From Gemmatimonadota bacterium (GTDB lineage Bacteria > Gemmatimonadota > Gemmatimonadetes > Longimicrobiales > Gaopeijiaceae): 64,000 nt of DNA. Within the stretch, counting starts at the first letter, position 1; each line of letters starts with the position of its first letter. Under the pieces are notes generated by a model that ran no database searches, was not told the DNA's origin, and saw only the letters and a program-made list of their open reading frames with translations. The position numbers were made by a program, and so were the translations under genes. The stretch is taken from positions 2,976,001 through 3,040,000 of the forward strand of contig JAXHMG010000003.1 in assembly GCA_034521595.1 (NCBI GenBank), written 5' to 3'. This document shows positions 38,242 to 47,512 of this stretch, one piece after another.

Positions 38242-38339
38242 GCTCCCCTCCCAAGCTCCGGCTTCCCATAGGCTGCGCTCATCCCGGATCCTGCATTGCG
38301 AGCATTATGGAGGTGTGATAAACACCGTCGCCCCTCCCG

Positions 38340-38383
38340 GGACCCATCTCGAGACGTTGTAACCTCGTCCGCGGCCCTCAGGC
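38340..38383 (+). repeat. Direct repeat, right copy; includes the last codon and stop of the AAA ATPase gene
   Basis: Identical to 34530-34573. tca at 38378-38380 is the ATPase stop on the minus strand. Confidence 0.95.
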
Positions 38384-39853
38384 GTTCCCCATGCCCCCCA
38401 TCGGATCGAATCCCTGGTATCCCTTGCCTTGCTGGGGATTCTGATGGATGGCCTTGCTGTAGCCGCCGGAGGTGCTGCGGCTGATCCGGCGCTGAGCCAC
38501 GAGCGCTTCGAGCACGAGCTCGCACGCCGCCGCGCGTACGCCGTCGCTGGCTCCGGAAGGCGCCAACCCGACGCTCTCGACGAGGTTGAGGAGGCCCGGC
38601 ACGGTGCTGAACCCCTTCACGCACGCTTTCGAGGCCGAATCCTCGCCGACCTGGATCGCGCCGCCGCCCTCGAAGTACTCGACGATGGAGTCCACGTCGG
38701 CTCCGGCCGCCCGCACGTCGAACGCCTGGGACGAGCCGAGCTGAATGAGCTCACGGGCGATCTTGTCCGCGCCGTGAAGCTCGCCCTCGTACTCGAGCTC
38801 CATCTTGCCCGTGATCGCCGGGATCGCGGCGTAGAGGTCGGTCATGCGCGGGATCGCCGCGTCTTCGCCATGGCGCAGCGCCCGCCGCTCCGCGTTGGAG
38901 ACGACCGTCTCCATGACGGTGATCGGTAGGCGCTGGCTCACGCCCGAGCGCTGGTCGATCCTCTTGTCCTTCCGCGCGAGGAACGCGATCCGCTCCACCG
39001 TCTCCTGCACGAAGTCGGGGATCTCGACCGGTAGGCCGTCGCGGTCCGTCCACGCTTCCTGCTCGGTGATGGAGGTGCCGGTCTCGAGCTCTTCGGGGTA
39101 GTGCGTCCGGATCTCGGCGCCGATCCGGTCCTTGAGCGGTGTGATGATCTTGCCCCGGGCCGTGTAGTCTTCGGGGTTGGCGGTGAACACCATCAGGAGG
39201 TCGAGCGCCAGCCGGATGGGGTATCCCTTCACCTGCACGTCCCCCTCCTGGAGGATGTTGAAGAGGCCCACCTGGATCTTGCCCGCGAGATCGGGCAGCT
39301 CGTTGATGGCGAACACGCCCCGATTGGCGCGCGGGAGCAGTCCGTAGTGGATGGTGAGCTCGTCCGCCAGGATGTGCCCACCCCGGGCCGCCTTGATGGG
39401 GTCGACGTCGCCGATGACGTCGGCGATGGTCACGTCCGGCGTGGCGAGCTTCTCCACGTAGCGGTGCTCGCGGTCGACCCATTCGATGGGCGCGTCGTCA
39501 CCGTGCTCCTCGACCAGAAGCTTCCCGTGCTTCGAGATCGGCGCCAGCGGATCGTCGTTCACCTCGCTGCCGGCCAGGATCGGGATCCGCTCGTCGAGGA
39601 GCGAGACGAGCTGCCGCAGGATCCGGCTCTTCGCCTGGCCCCGTAGGCCGAGAAGGATGAAATCGTGCCGCGCGAGCACCGCGTTGACGATCTCCGGAAC
39701 CACCGAATCATCGTATCCCTGGATGCCCGGAAAGAGCGGCTCCCCCGCTTGCAGCTTCCGAACGAGGTTCTGGCGCATCTCGTCCTTGACCGTGCGGCTC
39801 GCGTAGCCCGACGCCTTCAGCGCGCCGAGGGTGGTGGGGTGTGATTCGCTCAT
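38378..39853 (-). CDS. Magnesium chelatase-like AAA+ ATPase
   Basis: Walker A variant GLRGQAKS, YVEKLATPD, NRG.FAINELPDL, TANPEDYT.RG.IITPLKDR. Confidence 0.87.
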   Translation of the reverse strand: MSESHPTTLGALKASGYASRTVKDEMRQNLVRKLQAGEPLFPGIQGYDDSVVPEIVNAVLARHDFILLGLRGQAKSRILRQLVSLLDERIPILAGSEVNDDPLAPISKHGKLLVEEHGDDAPIEWVDREHRYVEKLATPDVTIADVIGDVDPIKAARGGHILADELTIHYGLLPRANRGVFAINELPDLAGKIQVGLFNILQEGDVQVKGYPIRLALDLLMVFTANPEDYTARGKIITPLKDRIGAEIRTHYPEELETGTSITEQEAWTDRDGLPVEIPDFVQETVERIAFLARKDKRIDQRSGVSQRLPITVMETVVSNAERRALRHGEDAAIPRMTDLYAAIPAITGKMELEYEGELHGADKIARELIQLGSSQAFDVRAAGADVDSIVEYFEGGGAIQVGEDSASKACVKGFSTVPGLLNLVESVGLAPSGASDGVRAAACELVLEALVAQRRISRSTSGGYSKAIHQNPQQGKGYQGFDPMGGMGNA

Positions 39854-40053
39854 GCCTGAGTCGTCTCCGGGGCGGCTGGTGGTCCGGCATCATGACGAAG
39901 GGTAGAGCCGTCGCCGCGAGTTGGCGATGTTATGTGCCGGTTACGACGACTGAGTCCCCCCGACGTCTGGACGTCGAATCGGTACACATGGTCGGCCGTG
40001 CGGATCCGCCCACGAACGACGTCGGGAAGTCCACCACAACACCCGGAGCCATT

Positions 40054-41739
40054 ATGTCCGAGGGCACGAGCGCCCTGCGCAACTCCGTCCGTCCACTCGA
40101 CGCCCAGCCTTCGCTTCCCCGTGAGCGCCTCATCGTCGAGGACACGCCCGATGACGAAGCGGTCCCCATGGATGTCGTCTTCGTGGGCGGTGGCCCCGCC
40201 GGACTCGCGGGCGCCATCGAGCTGGCGCGGTTGGTGCAGAAGGACAACGAAGAAGGCGACGGTCTCGGAGAGATCGAGATCGGCGTGCTGGAGAAGGCCG
40301 GAGAGCTCGGAGAGCACAGCCTCTCCGGCGCCGTGGTCGATCCCAGCGCCTTCCACGAGCTGTTCCCGGAGATGGGCGTCGAAGACTTCCCCTTCCGCCG
40401 GCCGGTCGACAAGGAAGCCGTCTATTACCTGACCGATTCCAAGTCGGTGCGGATGCCGACGCCCCCGACGATGAAGAACCACGGGAACCACATCGCCTCG
40501 ATCTGCGAGATCGTGCGCTGGCTCGGCGAGCAGGCGGAAGGGCTGGGCGTGAACGTCTTTCCGGGCTTCCCGGTGGACTCGCTCCTCGTGGAGGGCGACA
40601 ACGTGATCGGGGTGCGGACGGCCCCCGCCGGGCTGAACCGCGAGGGCGAGCCCTCCGGACCGGACGCGATGCCGCCCATGGATCTCACCGCCCGGGCGAC
40701 CGTGCTCTCGGAGGGGACGCGCGGCCCGCTCTCGCAGGCGTGGCTCGACTGGCAGGGCGTGACGTCGAAGAACCCCCAGATCTACGCGCTCGGCGTGAAG
40801 GAGATCTGGGAGGTGAAGAAGCCGCTCGACCGGATCATCCACACCATGGGGTGGCCTCTGCACGGGAGCATGTTCGGTGGGAGCTTCATGTACCCGATGG
40901 CGGACGACCTCGTGGCCGTCGGCCTCGTCGTCGGGATGGACTACGAAGACGCCCGGTTCGACGTGCACGAGGCGCTGCAGCGCATGAAGCTCCACCCGCT
41001 CTTCCGGCCCTATCTCGAGGGCGGGGAGATGGTCGAGTGGGGTGCGAAGACGATTCCCGAAGGAGGCTACTACTCGGTGCCGGAGCGCCGTCACGGCGAC
41101 GGTCTCTGCATCGTCGGAGACGCGGCGGGCTACGTCGAAGTCTCCTCGCTCAAGGGGATCCACTACGCGATGCATTCGGGCATCATGGCCGCCCGCCAGA
41201 TCTTCGAGGCGCTCAAGAAGGACGACACCTCCGCCGACGCGCTCGCGGGCTACACGGCCGCGGTGAATGAGAGCGTGATCATGAAGGACCTGAAGGAGCG
41301 CCGGAACATGCGGCTCGCCTTCAAGGGAGGCTTCACGGCCGGAAGCGCCAAGGCCGGGCTCATGACGCTCACCAAGGGCGCGTTCCCGGGCGGGCAGATC
41401 AGCGTCGAGGAGGACGCGGCCGAGACGAAGTCGCTCTCCGGGGACGGCGAGAAGTTCGTGCCTGACGGGAAGCTGACCTTCTCCAAGGTCGACGCGGTCT
41501 ACAAGGCGGGGAACCAGACCCGCGACGACATCCCGACCCACCTCATCGTCGGCGAGGACGTGAGCGCCGAGCTCGCCGAGCTCTACGAGCACATGTGCCC
41601 GGCCGGCGTCTACGAACGGGACGGGGAGAAGCTCGTGGTCAACCCGCCCAACTGCGTCGACTGCAAGGCGACCGACGTGCTCGGACCCCGGTGGACGCCA
41701 CGCGAGGGCGGGAGCGGGCCGTCCTACCGCAAGATGTGA
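40054..41739 (+). CDS. Electron transfer flavoprotein-quinone oxidoreductase
   Basis: Motifs VGGGPAGL, HSLSGA, ALGVKEIWE, GAKTIPEGG, KGIHYAM.SG. C-terminal CPAGVY..NCVDCK Fe-S domain. Confidence 0.9.
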   Translation: MSEGTSALRNSVRPLDAQPSLPRERLIVEDTPDDEAVPMDVVFVGGGPAGLAGAIELARLVQKDNEEGDGLGEIEIGVLEKAGELGEHSLSGAVVDPSAFHELFPEMGVEDFPFRRPVDKEAVYYLTDSKSVRMPTPPTMKNHGNHIASICEIVRWLGEQAEGLGVNVFPGFPVDSLLVEGDNVIGVRTAPAGLNREGEPSGPDAMPPMDLTARATVLSEGTRGPLSQAWLDWQGVTSKNPQIYALGVKEIWEVKKPLDRIIHTMGWPLHGSMFGGSFMYPMADDLVAVGLVVGMDYEDARFDVHEALQRMKLHPLFRPYLEGGEMVEWGAKTIPEGGYYSVPERRHGDGLCIVGDAAGYVEVSSLKGIHYAMHSGIMAARQIFEALKKDDTSADALAGYTAAVNESVIMKDLKERRNMRLAFKGGFTAGSAKAGLMTLTKGAFPGGQISVEEDAAETKSLSGDGEKFVPDGKLTFSKVDAVYKAGNQTRDDIPTHLIVGEDVSAELAELYEHMCPAGVYERDGEKLVVNPPNCVDCKATDVLGPRWTPREGGSGPSYRKM

Positions 41740-41761
41740 CGCGGGCTGCTTCTGCGGACCG

Positions 41762-42169
41762 TCAGGCTTCGTGCCCTTCGATCATCGGCGGATCACTCGA
41801 CAGCGGCTCGTCGACGAGGTCCCATGCCAGATCGATGTACTCGATCTCGAACCACTGCTCGAAGGTGCTCCAGCTCCGGTCCTCGGGCCAGTGCGCGGAG
41901 TCCATGACCCAGTCGTTGAGCATGACCTCGAACACGATCTCCACGTTGGCATGTACCCAGCCGAGCGTTTCGCCGGGATCCTCGAACTCGGGGACCAGGA
42001 ACGAGTTGACCGACTCCCACACGTCTTCGGCCTCGACCGACCCCTCGTCGTCCAGGGACAGCACCCAGTCGACGAACGGTTGGAGCGGACGGACGACGAG
42101 CACGCTCCGATTCAGGAACCAGACCGGACGTCCTTCAGAGGGTGCTGATGGCGACGGATTCTTCGTCAT
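41762..42169 (-). CDS. Hypothetical acidic protein
   Basis: LNRS.LVVRP.QPF.DW..IFE..L..W..D..WP..R..F..WF pattern and host-like codon usage. Confidence 0.7.
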   Translation of the reverse strand: MTKNPSPSAPSEGRPVWFLNRSVLVVRPLQPFVDWVLSLDDEGSVEAEDVWESVNSFLVPEFEDPGETLGWVHANVEIVFEVMLNDWVMDSAHWPEDRSWSTFEQWFEIEYIDLAWDLVDEPLSSDPPMIEGHEA

Positions 42170-42351
42170 TGGATAAACCACTTCCCGATGTAGTGCCTGG
42201 TGCCCCTGCCGGACCGATCGCCAGAGGCGTAGGGCCGGAAACATAATGCCGGTGGCCTCGTGGACCGTATCTCCTCGAACCGTTGCTCGGGGTGGGCCCG
42301 AGGCGTACCGTGTCCCTGGACGATCACACTACAGGCAACAGGAAGGGGTGC

Positions 42352-43341
42352 ATGCGCGCGACGACGAGAGTGGGTTTGACCGGGTTCGCGATCCTGGCGT
42401 TCGCGGGATGTCAAACCGAGGAGGCGCCCGGCTCCGCCGCGGGCGACACGGCTGCAGCGGATCGACTCAATCCCATGATCTCGCTTCACGAGGCGGACGC
42501 TCCGGTGTTCGGACTCTATGCGCCGCGGCCCACGGCCTCCGGGGGGAGTGAGGCGAGCCCGCCCGAGGCCAGGACGCCGGCCGAGCGTGCGGCGGAAACC
42601 ATTGAGTACACGCAGAGTGACTACGTCTTCCACAGCGCGATGGAAGGAGGGGTGGACGAGGCGCTTCCCGACTTCCGGGAGTTCGTGGGCGCGATGCACG
42701 AAGGTGGCGCGAGCGCCCGGACACACCCGTTCGTCGTGAAGATGGAGAAGATTTCCGAGGATCCCGACGCGGCCGAGCACGTCCACCAGCAGCTCAATGC
42801 GGGTGTGAGCGGCGTGATGTTCGTACACGTGGAGAGCGCCGAGGAGCTTCGCACGGGCCTCGACGCGATGCGCTTCACCTCGAACGGGGGGACCCGCCCC
42901 GAGGATGACCTGGGCATGGCGCCCGACTACTGGGGAGTGTCCGCCGAGGAGTACCGTGCGAAGGCGGATCTGTGGCCGCTGAATCCCGACGGTGAGCTCC
43001 TGTCGTGGGTCATCATCGAGAGTCGCGAAGGCCTCGAGAACATCCGCGAGATCGCGGCGGTTCCCGGTATCGGCGTGCTCTGGCCAGGGGCCGGCACGCT
43101 CCGGGGTGTGTTCTCCACGACCGGTCCGGACGGCTCCCGCGTGGTCGACGAAGAGGCGTGGGAAGGCGCGATTCAGACCGTCCTGGACGCCTGCGAGGAG
43201 TTCGACCTGTTGTGCGGCTTTCCGGCGGGTCCGGACGACATCGAATCGCGCATGGCCCAGGGCTTCGACGTGTTCGTCATGGGCTGGGGTGACGCCGGCT
43301 TCGAGACCGTCGAGATGGGACACGCGATCGCGGGCCGGTGA
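42352..43341 (+). CDS. HpcH/HpaI aldolase/citrate lyase-fold lipoprotein
   Basis: Lipobox FAGC. Motifs L.AG..GVMF.HVESAEE and IIESREGLENIREIAAVPGIG. Confidence 0.75.
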   Translation: MRATTRVGLTGFAILAFAGCQTEEAPGSAAGDTAAADRLNPMISLHEADAPVFGLYAPRPTASGGSEASPPEARTPAERAAETIEYTQSDYVFHSAMEGGVDEALPDFREFVGAMHEGGASARTHPFVVKMEKISEDPDAAEHVHQQLNAGVSGVMFVHVESAEELRTGLDAMRFTSNGGTRPEDDLGMAPDYWGVSAEEYRAKADLWPLNPDGELLSWVIIESREGLENIREIAAVPGIGVLWPGAGTLRGVFSTTGPDGSRVVDEEAWEGAIQTVLDACEEFDLLCGFPAGPDDIESRMAQGFDVFVMGWGDAGFETVEMGHAIAGR

Positions 43342-43391
43342 GGGCGGAGCGCGCTTCGGCGCGTGCGTCCGGGAAGTGAGGACCGGGGCCC

Positions 43392-44750
43392 TCAGCGCGA
43401 CCCCGTGACCCGGTAACGGACCGCGTTCTTCCAGACTTCCCGGGCGGTTCGGAGGTTGCCGATGTCCTCGGTCGGATCCGCTTCGAGGAGCACGAACGTG
43501 GCTTCGGCACCGCGCTGGAGCGTGCCGGTCCGGCCTTCCAGACCGATCGCGGCCGCCGCCACCCGTGTGGCGGCCGCGATCGCGTCCATGGGGTCGAGGC
43601 CGGCGTGCTCGACGAGGGCCTCGAGCTCGAGGAAAAGCGCCGGTCCCTCGTCACCGTCGGCGGTGAAGTCGGTGCCGGCCGCGATGGGGACGCCCAGCTC
43701 GTGGGCCCGACGCACGAGCGTGCGGGCGAACCTCCGGTCACACACGGAGGGGGCCTCCGCGGGCGCGGGGCCTTCACCTTCCGGAGGGCCGCCCTCGACG
43801 GAGGTGTGCATCGCGAGGGTCGCGTCCAGGATGGTGCCGCGCGCGGCCATCTCGCCGAGCAGCTCATCGAAGACGGGAGCGCCGGCGGAAACGCGCGCGT
43901 ACCCGGGCCGGTCGTCGTGGTGGTACCGGTCGGGCGCCTCGGCCATGGCCTCCCACGCCATCGGGCAGGCGTGAGAGATCACGTCCACGCCCGCCCGGAC
44001 CACGTCGAGTGGCCGCGCGGGATAGACCGTGGCGTGCGCCCACACCACCATGCCCTGCCGGTGCGCCTCGGCCGTGATGTTCCGCACGAGGCCGGAATCG
44101 AGGTCCGCGTAGATCTTGAGCCCTCGCGCGGACGTTCCGCGCGCGCGAGCGACCGCCAACGGCAGGTCCGTGTCGGGCCCGACGGCTTGCATCCAAGGGG
44201 CCTCGCCGGGAGGGAATCCTTCGGCGGCGGCTCGCGAGCGCGGATCGTGGAAAAAGCTTCGGCCGGCGAACAGGGCCGCGTGGTGGATGTCGGGAGCCTG
44301 GATGCGTCCCGTGCGCGCCTCCCAGGCGAGCGCGGCCAACAAGCGGGCGTCCCCGGCCATGTCCCGGACCGTCGTGATGCCCGAGCGGAGCAGGCGCTCG
44401 AGCGCGGACACGGCCGCGGCTCGGTCGGGCTGGGTCGCGAGATGCACGTGGGCGTCGATCAGCCCCGGGACGACGTAGCCCCCACCGAGGTCCAGGCGCA
44501 GCGCCGCCCCGGGATCCTCGAGGCGGGAGAGCACGGCGTCGAGCGGCCCGGCGTCCACGATCGTCGCGCCCCGGACGGCCAAGGCGCCGTCAGTGACCGG
44601 GGGACCTCCCAGCCCGTCGATGAGCGTGAAGCCGTGCAGGATCTCGACCGGGGCCGTGGGCGGCGTCGCGTCCTGGGCTCGGAGCTCGCCGGGCGTCGCG
44701 AGAAACGGTGCGAGCAGTCCGACCGTGACGAGGAAAGGGATGCGCAGCAC
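43392..44750 (-). CDS. Secreted amidohydrolase family protein
   Basis: Motifs PGLIDAHVH, GITTVRD, LKIY, VWAH, ISH, AGTD, ADP..DI.NL. Probable GTG start at 44750 with a signal peptide. The longer ORF runs into the MITE. Confidence 0.85.
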   Translation of the reverse strand: MLRIPFLVTVGLLAPFLATPGELRAQDATPPTAPVEILHGFTLIDGLGGPPVTDGALAVRGATIVDAGPLDAVLSRLEDPGAALRLDLGGGYVVPGLIDAHVHLATQPDRAAAVSALERLLRSGITTVRDMAGDARLLAALAWEARTGRIQAPDIHHAALFAGRSFFHDPRSRAAAEGFPPGEAPWMQAVGPDTDLPLAVARARGTSARGLKIYADLDSGLVRNITAEAHRQGMVVWAHATVYPARPLDVVRAGVDVISHACPMAWEAMAEAPDRYHHDDRPGYARVSAGAPVFDELLGEMAARGTILDATLAMHTSVEGGPPEGEGPAPAEAPSVCDRRFARTLVRRAHELGVPIAAGTDFTADGDEGPALFLELEALVEHAGLDPMDAIAAATRVAAAAIGLEGRTGTLQRGAEATFVLLEADPTEDIGNLRTAREVWKNAVRYRVTGSR

Positions 44751-44768
44751 GGGCCGTACCCGGTAGCT

Positions 44769-45047
44769 TAGCAGCCCGTGGCAGAAGTCTGGTGGTCCGC
44801 GCACGAGGGTCTTGCGTGTCGCAGGCAAGGCGGCTTCTTGAAGGCGATGCCGTAGCATCGGCGAAAGGAGCCAACGCCGCATGCGGCCGCAATCCCCTCG
44901 TGCCCTTCGGGCTGCGGCGGCACGGCCCCAGCTCCGTCGTCGTGAGCCCCTCGACGTGCGCTGATGGCTATGCCTTCGGGGTCCGCCATGGAGCACGGGC
45001 CGTGGCGCTCCCAACGCGGGCCACCAGACTTCTGCCACGGGCTGCTA
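44769..45047. mobile_element. MITE-like non-autonomous element with terminal inverted repeats
   Basis: tagcagcccgtggcagaagtctggtgg (44769-44795) is the exact reverse complement of 45021-45047 (33 bp with one mismatch). TA/TAG at both ends. No transposase. Confidence 0.75.
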
Positions 45048-45058
45048 GCCGCTTCAGG

Positions 45059-45913
45059 TCACTCCTCCTCGTCGAGCTCCAACCCGACACCCGTGGGCGT
45101 GATGACCAAGCTCGGCAGAATGGTACGGACGGGCGCGGCGCCCATGCGCTCGAGGGCGGTCGCGGCGTCCGGGTGGGTGGAGAGCTCCTCGAGCGTCTTG
45201 ATGGTCGGGAACACCATGGGGAGCTCACCGCCTCGGTACCGCTCGAGCGCCTCGTCCGGCCCGAGCCAGAGCGCGTCGGTCATCTCTCGGGGGTCGATGA
45301 TGGGCTCCGCGCCGTCCGGGACGCGGGCCGCGAAAAAGCGCGTGTCGTAGCGCTTCGGCTCGGCGATCGGCGTGATCCAGTGGGCGAGGTACTCCACGGA
45401 GCGGCCCTCGATCCGGCATTCGAGCCTGGAGAGCGCCTCCGCGAAGTCGATGCGGTGCTCCATGACGTCGTCCCGGATACGGTCGACACGGGGCTCCGCC
45501 GCCGCGGTCGGCACGGGCGAGCCGTCGGGGCGGTGTGCGATCAGGATCCCCGTCTCCTCGAATGCCTCGCGCAACGCCGCCAGATAGTAGGCGATGGCCG
45601 GGGGCTCCGCCGAAGGAAGCTCGAGGCGGGACGCGGCGTCTTCGGGGGCGAGGCCGTCGATGCGCTCCAGGACCTGTGCGGTGGCGTCGGTCCCGTCCAC
45701 CCGTCCTCCCGGAAACACATAGGCACCGGGCACGAATCCCGCGTTCCGGTTCCGACGCATGAGGAGAACCTCCAAGCCCCCGCCGCCGTCCCTCATGAGC
45801 ACGATCGTCGCCGCGGGGCGGGGGAGCGCGGGGTCGGCCGGAGGGTGCTCGATCTTCTCGGCGAACCGGTCGGGAAGGCGGTCGAATGGGATTATGAACT
45901 CGGATTTACTCAT
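45059..45913 (-). CDS. NUDIX hydrolase (NUDT19-like)
   Basis: Motifs PRPAAT..L.R, YVFPGGRVD, AALREAFEETG, HWITP..KRYDTRFF, FPT. Confidence 0.85.
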   Translation of the reverse strand: MSKSEFIIPFDRLPDRFAEKIEHPPADPALPRPAATIVLMRDGGGGLEVLLMRRNRNAGFVPGAYVFPGGRVDGTDATAQVLERIDGLAPEDAASRLELPSAEPPAIAYYLAALREAFEETGILIAHRPDGSPVPTAAAEPRVDRIRDDVMEHRIDFAEALSRLECRIEGRSVEYLAHWITPIAEPKRYDTRFFAARVPDGAEPIIDPREMTDALWLGPDEALERYRGGELPMVFPTIKTLEELSTHPDAATALERMGAAPVRTILPSLVITPTGVGLELDEEE

Positions 45914-45931
45914 AATATACTCATGTTATAC

Positions 45932-47512
45932 TCATCCACCGACCGCCATGCCGTCTTTTCGGGGGTCGGACGCCGCGGCCCATCCGCGGGTGAGTCTTAC
46001 AATGGCCTGAGCGCCGCCGAACGCGAAATCCTCGGGGTCGAGGAGCTCGTGGCCGAGTCGTCCGAGCTCCGTCGCCGTCGGCTCACGCAGCTCCTCCACG
46101 GCGACGCGCCGGCCGTCGAGGTGCCGGAAGCGTGGCGCGTCGAGCGCCTCCTGCGGATCCATGCCGAAGTGGAGGAGGTTGAGCAACACCTGCACGTGGC
46201 CCTGGGGTTGCATCGGGCCGCCCATGACGCCGAACGACATCCAGGGCTGGCCGTCCCGGCTGACGAAGGCCGGGATGATGGTATGGAACGGCCGTTTGCC
46301 GGGCGCGAGGCGGTTCGGGTGTCCGGGCGCCAGGGAGAAGCCGGCACCCCGGTTCTGCAACGCGAATCCGGTGCCGGGCACGACGACACCCGATCCGAAC
46401 GGCCGATAGATCGAGTTGATGAACGAGACCATGCTCCCCTGCTCGTCGGCCGCCGTCAGGTACACCGTGTCCGACCCCGCGGCCGGCGCTCCGGGAGCGA
46501 CGCTCTCCGCCGCGGACGAAGCGTCGATGCGTGCGGCCCGCTCCCGTACGTACTCGGGCGCGAGCAGCGCGGCCGTCGATACCGGCATGTGCTCGGGGTC
46601 CGCGACGAAGCGCTCGAGGTCCGCGTACGCGAGCTTCTTGGCCTCGATCAACGTGTGCAGGTACTTCGACGAATTGTGTCCCATCGATCCCAAGTCACGG
46701 TCCTCCAGCAACTTGAGCATCTGCAGGGCCGCGATGCCCTGTCCGGCCGGGGGCAGCTCGTGCAGCCTCACCCCGTGGTAGTCGACGGCCAGAGGCTCCA
46801 CCCAGCGCACCTCGTGGCGGGCGAGGTCGTCGAGGGTGAGCGAGCCGCCGAGCCGGTCGAGTCCGTCGACGAGCCGTTCGCCGAGCGGACCGCCGTAGAG
46901 GGTTCCGACCCCGAGCCGGCCGATGTCCCGGAACGTGCCGGCGAGGTCCGGGTTCGTGAACCATCCGCCGGGTGACGGGACGCGCCCGCCGGGAAGGAAG
47001 GTCGCCGCCGCGCCCGGATCAGCCCGCAGGACCGGGGCGAGGCTCGCCCATTCGTGCGCGATGATCGGCGTCACCGGAAAGCCTCCTTCGGCGATCCGGA
47101 CGGCGGGTGCCAGAGCCCGCTCCAGGGGGATCGAGCCGTAGCGGTCCAGGAGGGCCGCCCAGCCCGCGAGCGCTCCGGGCACGGTCACGGCGCGAGCGTC
47201 CCGCTCGGGCACGGAGGCATGCCCCTCCGCGAGCAGAGCCTCGGCGTCCGCGCGACTTCCGGCCGTTCCGCTCGCGTCGAGCCCGATCAGCGTCCGGTCC
47301 GGCGCGGACCACAGGAGCGCGAACATGTCGCCGCCCGGGCCCGTCATATGGGGCTCGGTCACGCTGAGGACCGCAGCCGCGGTGACGGCGGCGTCCACGG
47401 CGTTTCCTCCTTCCTCCAGCACGGTCAGGCCCGCCCCGCTCGCCAGCGGCTGGCTCGTGGCCACCGCGTGGCGCGGAGCGTACACCGTGGAGCGCCCCGA
47501 CCGTCCGGTCAC
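45932..47512 (-). CDS. ggt: Gamma-glutamyltransferase family protein (no signal peptide)
   Basis: Motifs GGNAVDAAV, GGDMF, DTVYL (Thr nucleophile), FGSG, LQNRG, KRPFHTIIP, MGGPMQPQG, SDPRKDG. Confidence 0.9.
   Translation of the reverse strand: MTGRSGRSTVYAPRHAVATSQPLASGAGLTVLEEGGNAVDAAVTAAAVLSVTEPHMTGPGGDMFALLWSAPDRTLIGLDASGTAGSRADAEALLAEGHASVPERDARAVTVPGALAGWAALLDRYGSIPLERALAPAVRIAEGGFPVTPIIAHEWASLAPVLRADPGAAATFLPGGRVPSPGGWFTNPDLAGTFRDIGRLGVGTLYGGPLGERLVDGLDRLGGSLTLDDLARHEVRWVEPLAVDYHGVRLHELPPAGQGIAALQMLKLLEDRDLGSMGHNSSKYLHTLIEAKKLAYADLERFVADPEHMPVSTAALLAPEYVRERAARIDASSAAESVAPGAPAAGSDTVYLTAADEQGSMVSFINSIYRPFGSGVVVPGTGFALQNRGAGFSLAPGHPNRLAPGKRPFHTIIPAFVSRDGQPWMSFGVMGGPMQPQGHVQVLLNLLHFGMDPQEALDAPRFRHLDGRRVAVEELREPTATELGRLGHELLDPEDFAFGGAQAIVRLTRGWAAASDPRKDGMAVGG

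Larger units (their letters stand above)
34530..38383. mobile_element. Direct-repeat-bounded accessory islet (~3.8 kb), no integrase inside
   Basis: 44-bp DRs 3810 bp apart. Interior is visibly more AT-rich, with many A/T-ending codons compared with the flanks. Confidence 0.75.

Noticed and set aside
34530-38383. Direct repeats as a CRISPR array or tRNA att site
   Set aside because: Only two copies 3.8 kb apart, no cas genes and no tRNA-like sequence.
44751-45038. N-terminal extension of the amidohydrolase ORF
   Set aside because: It is read-through across the MITE-like element. The signal peptide begins near 44750.
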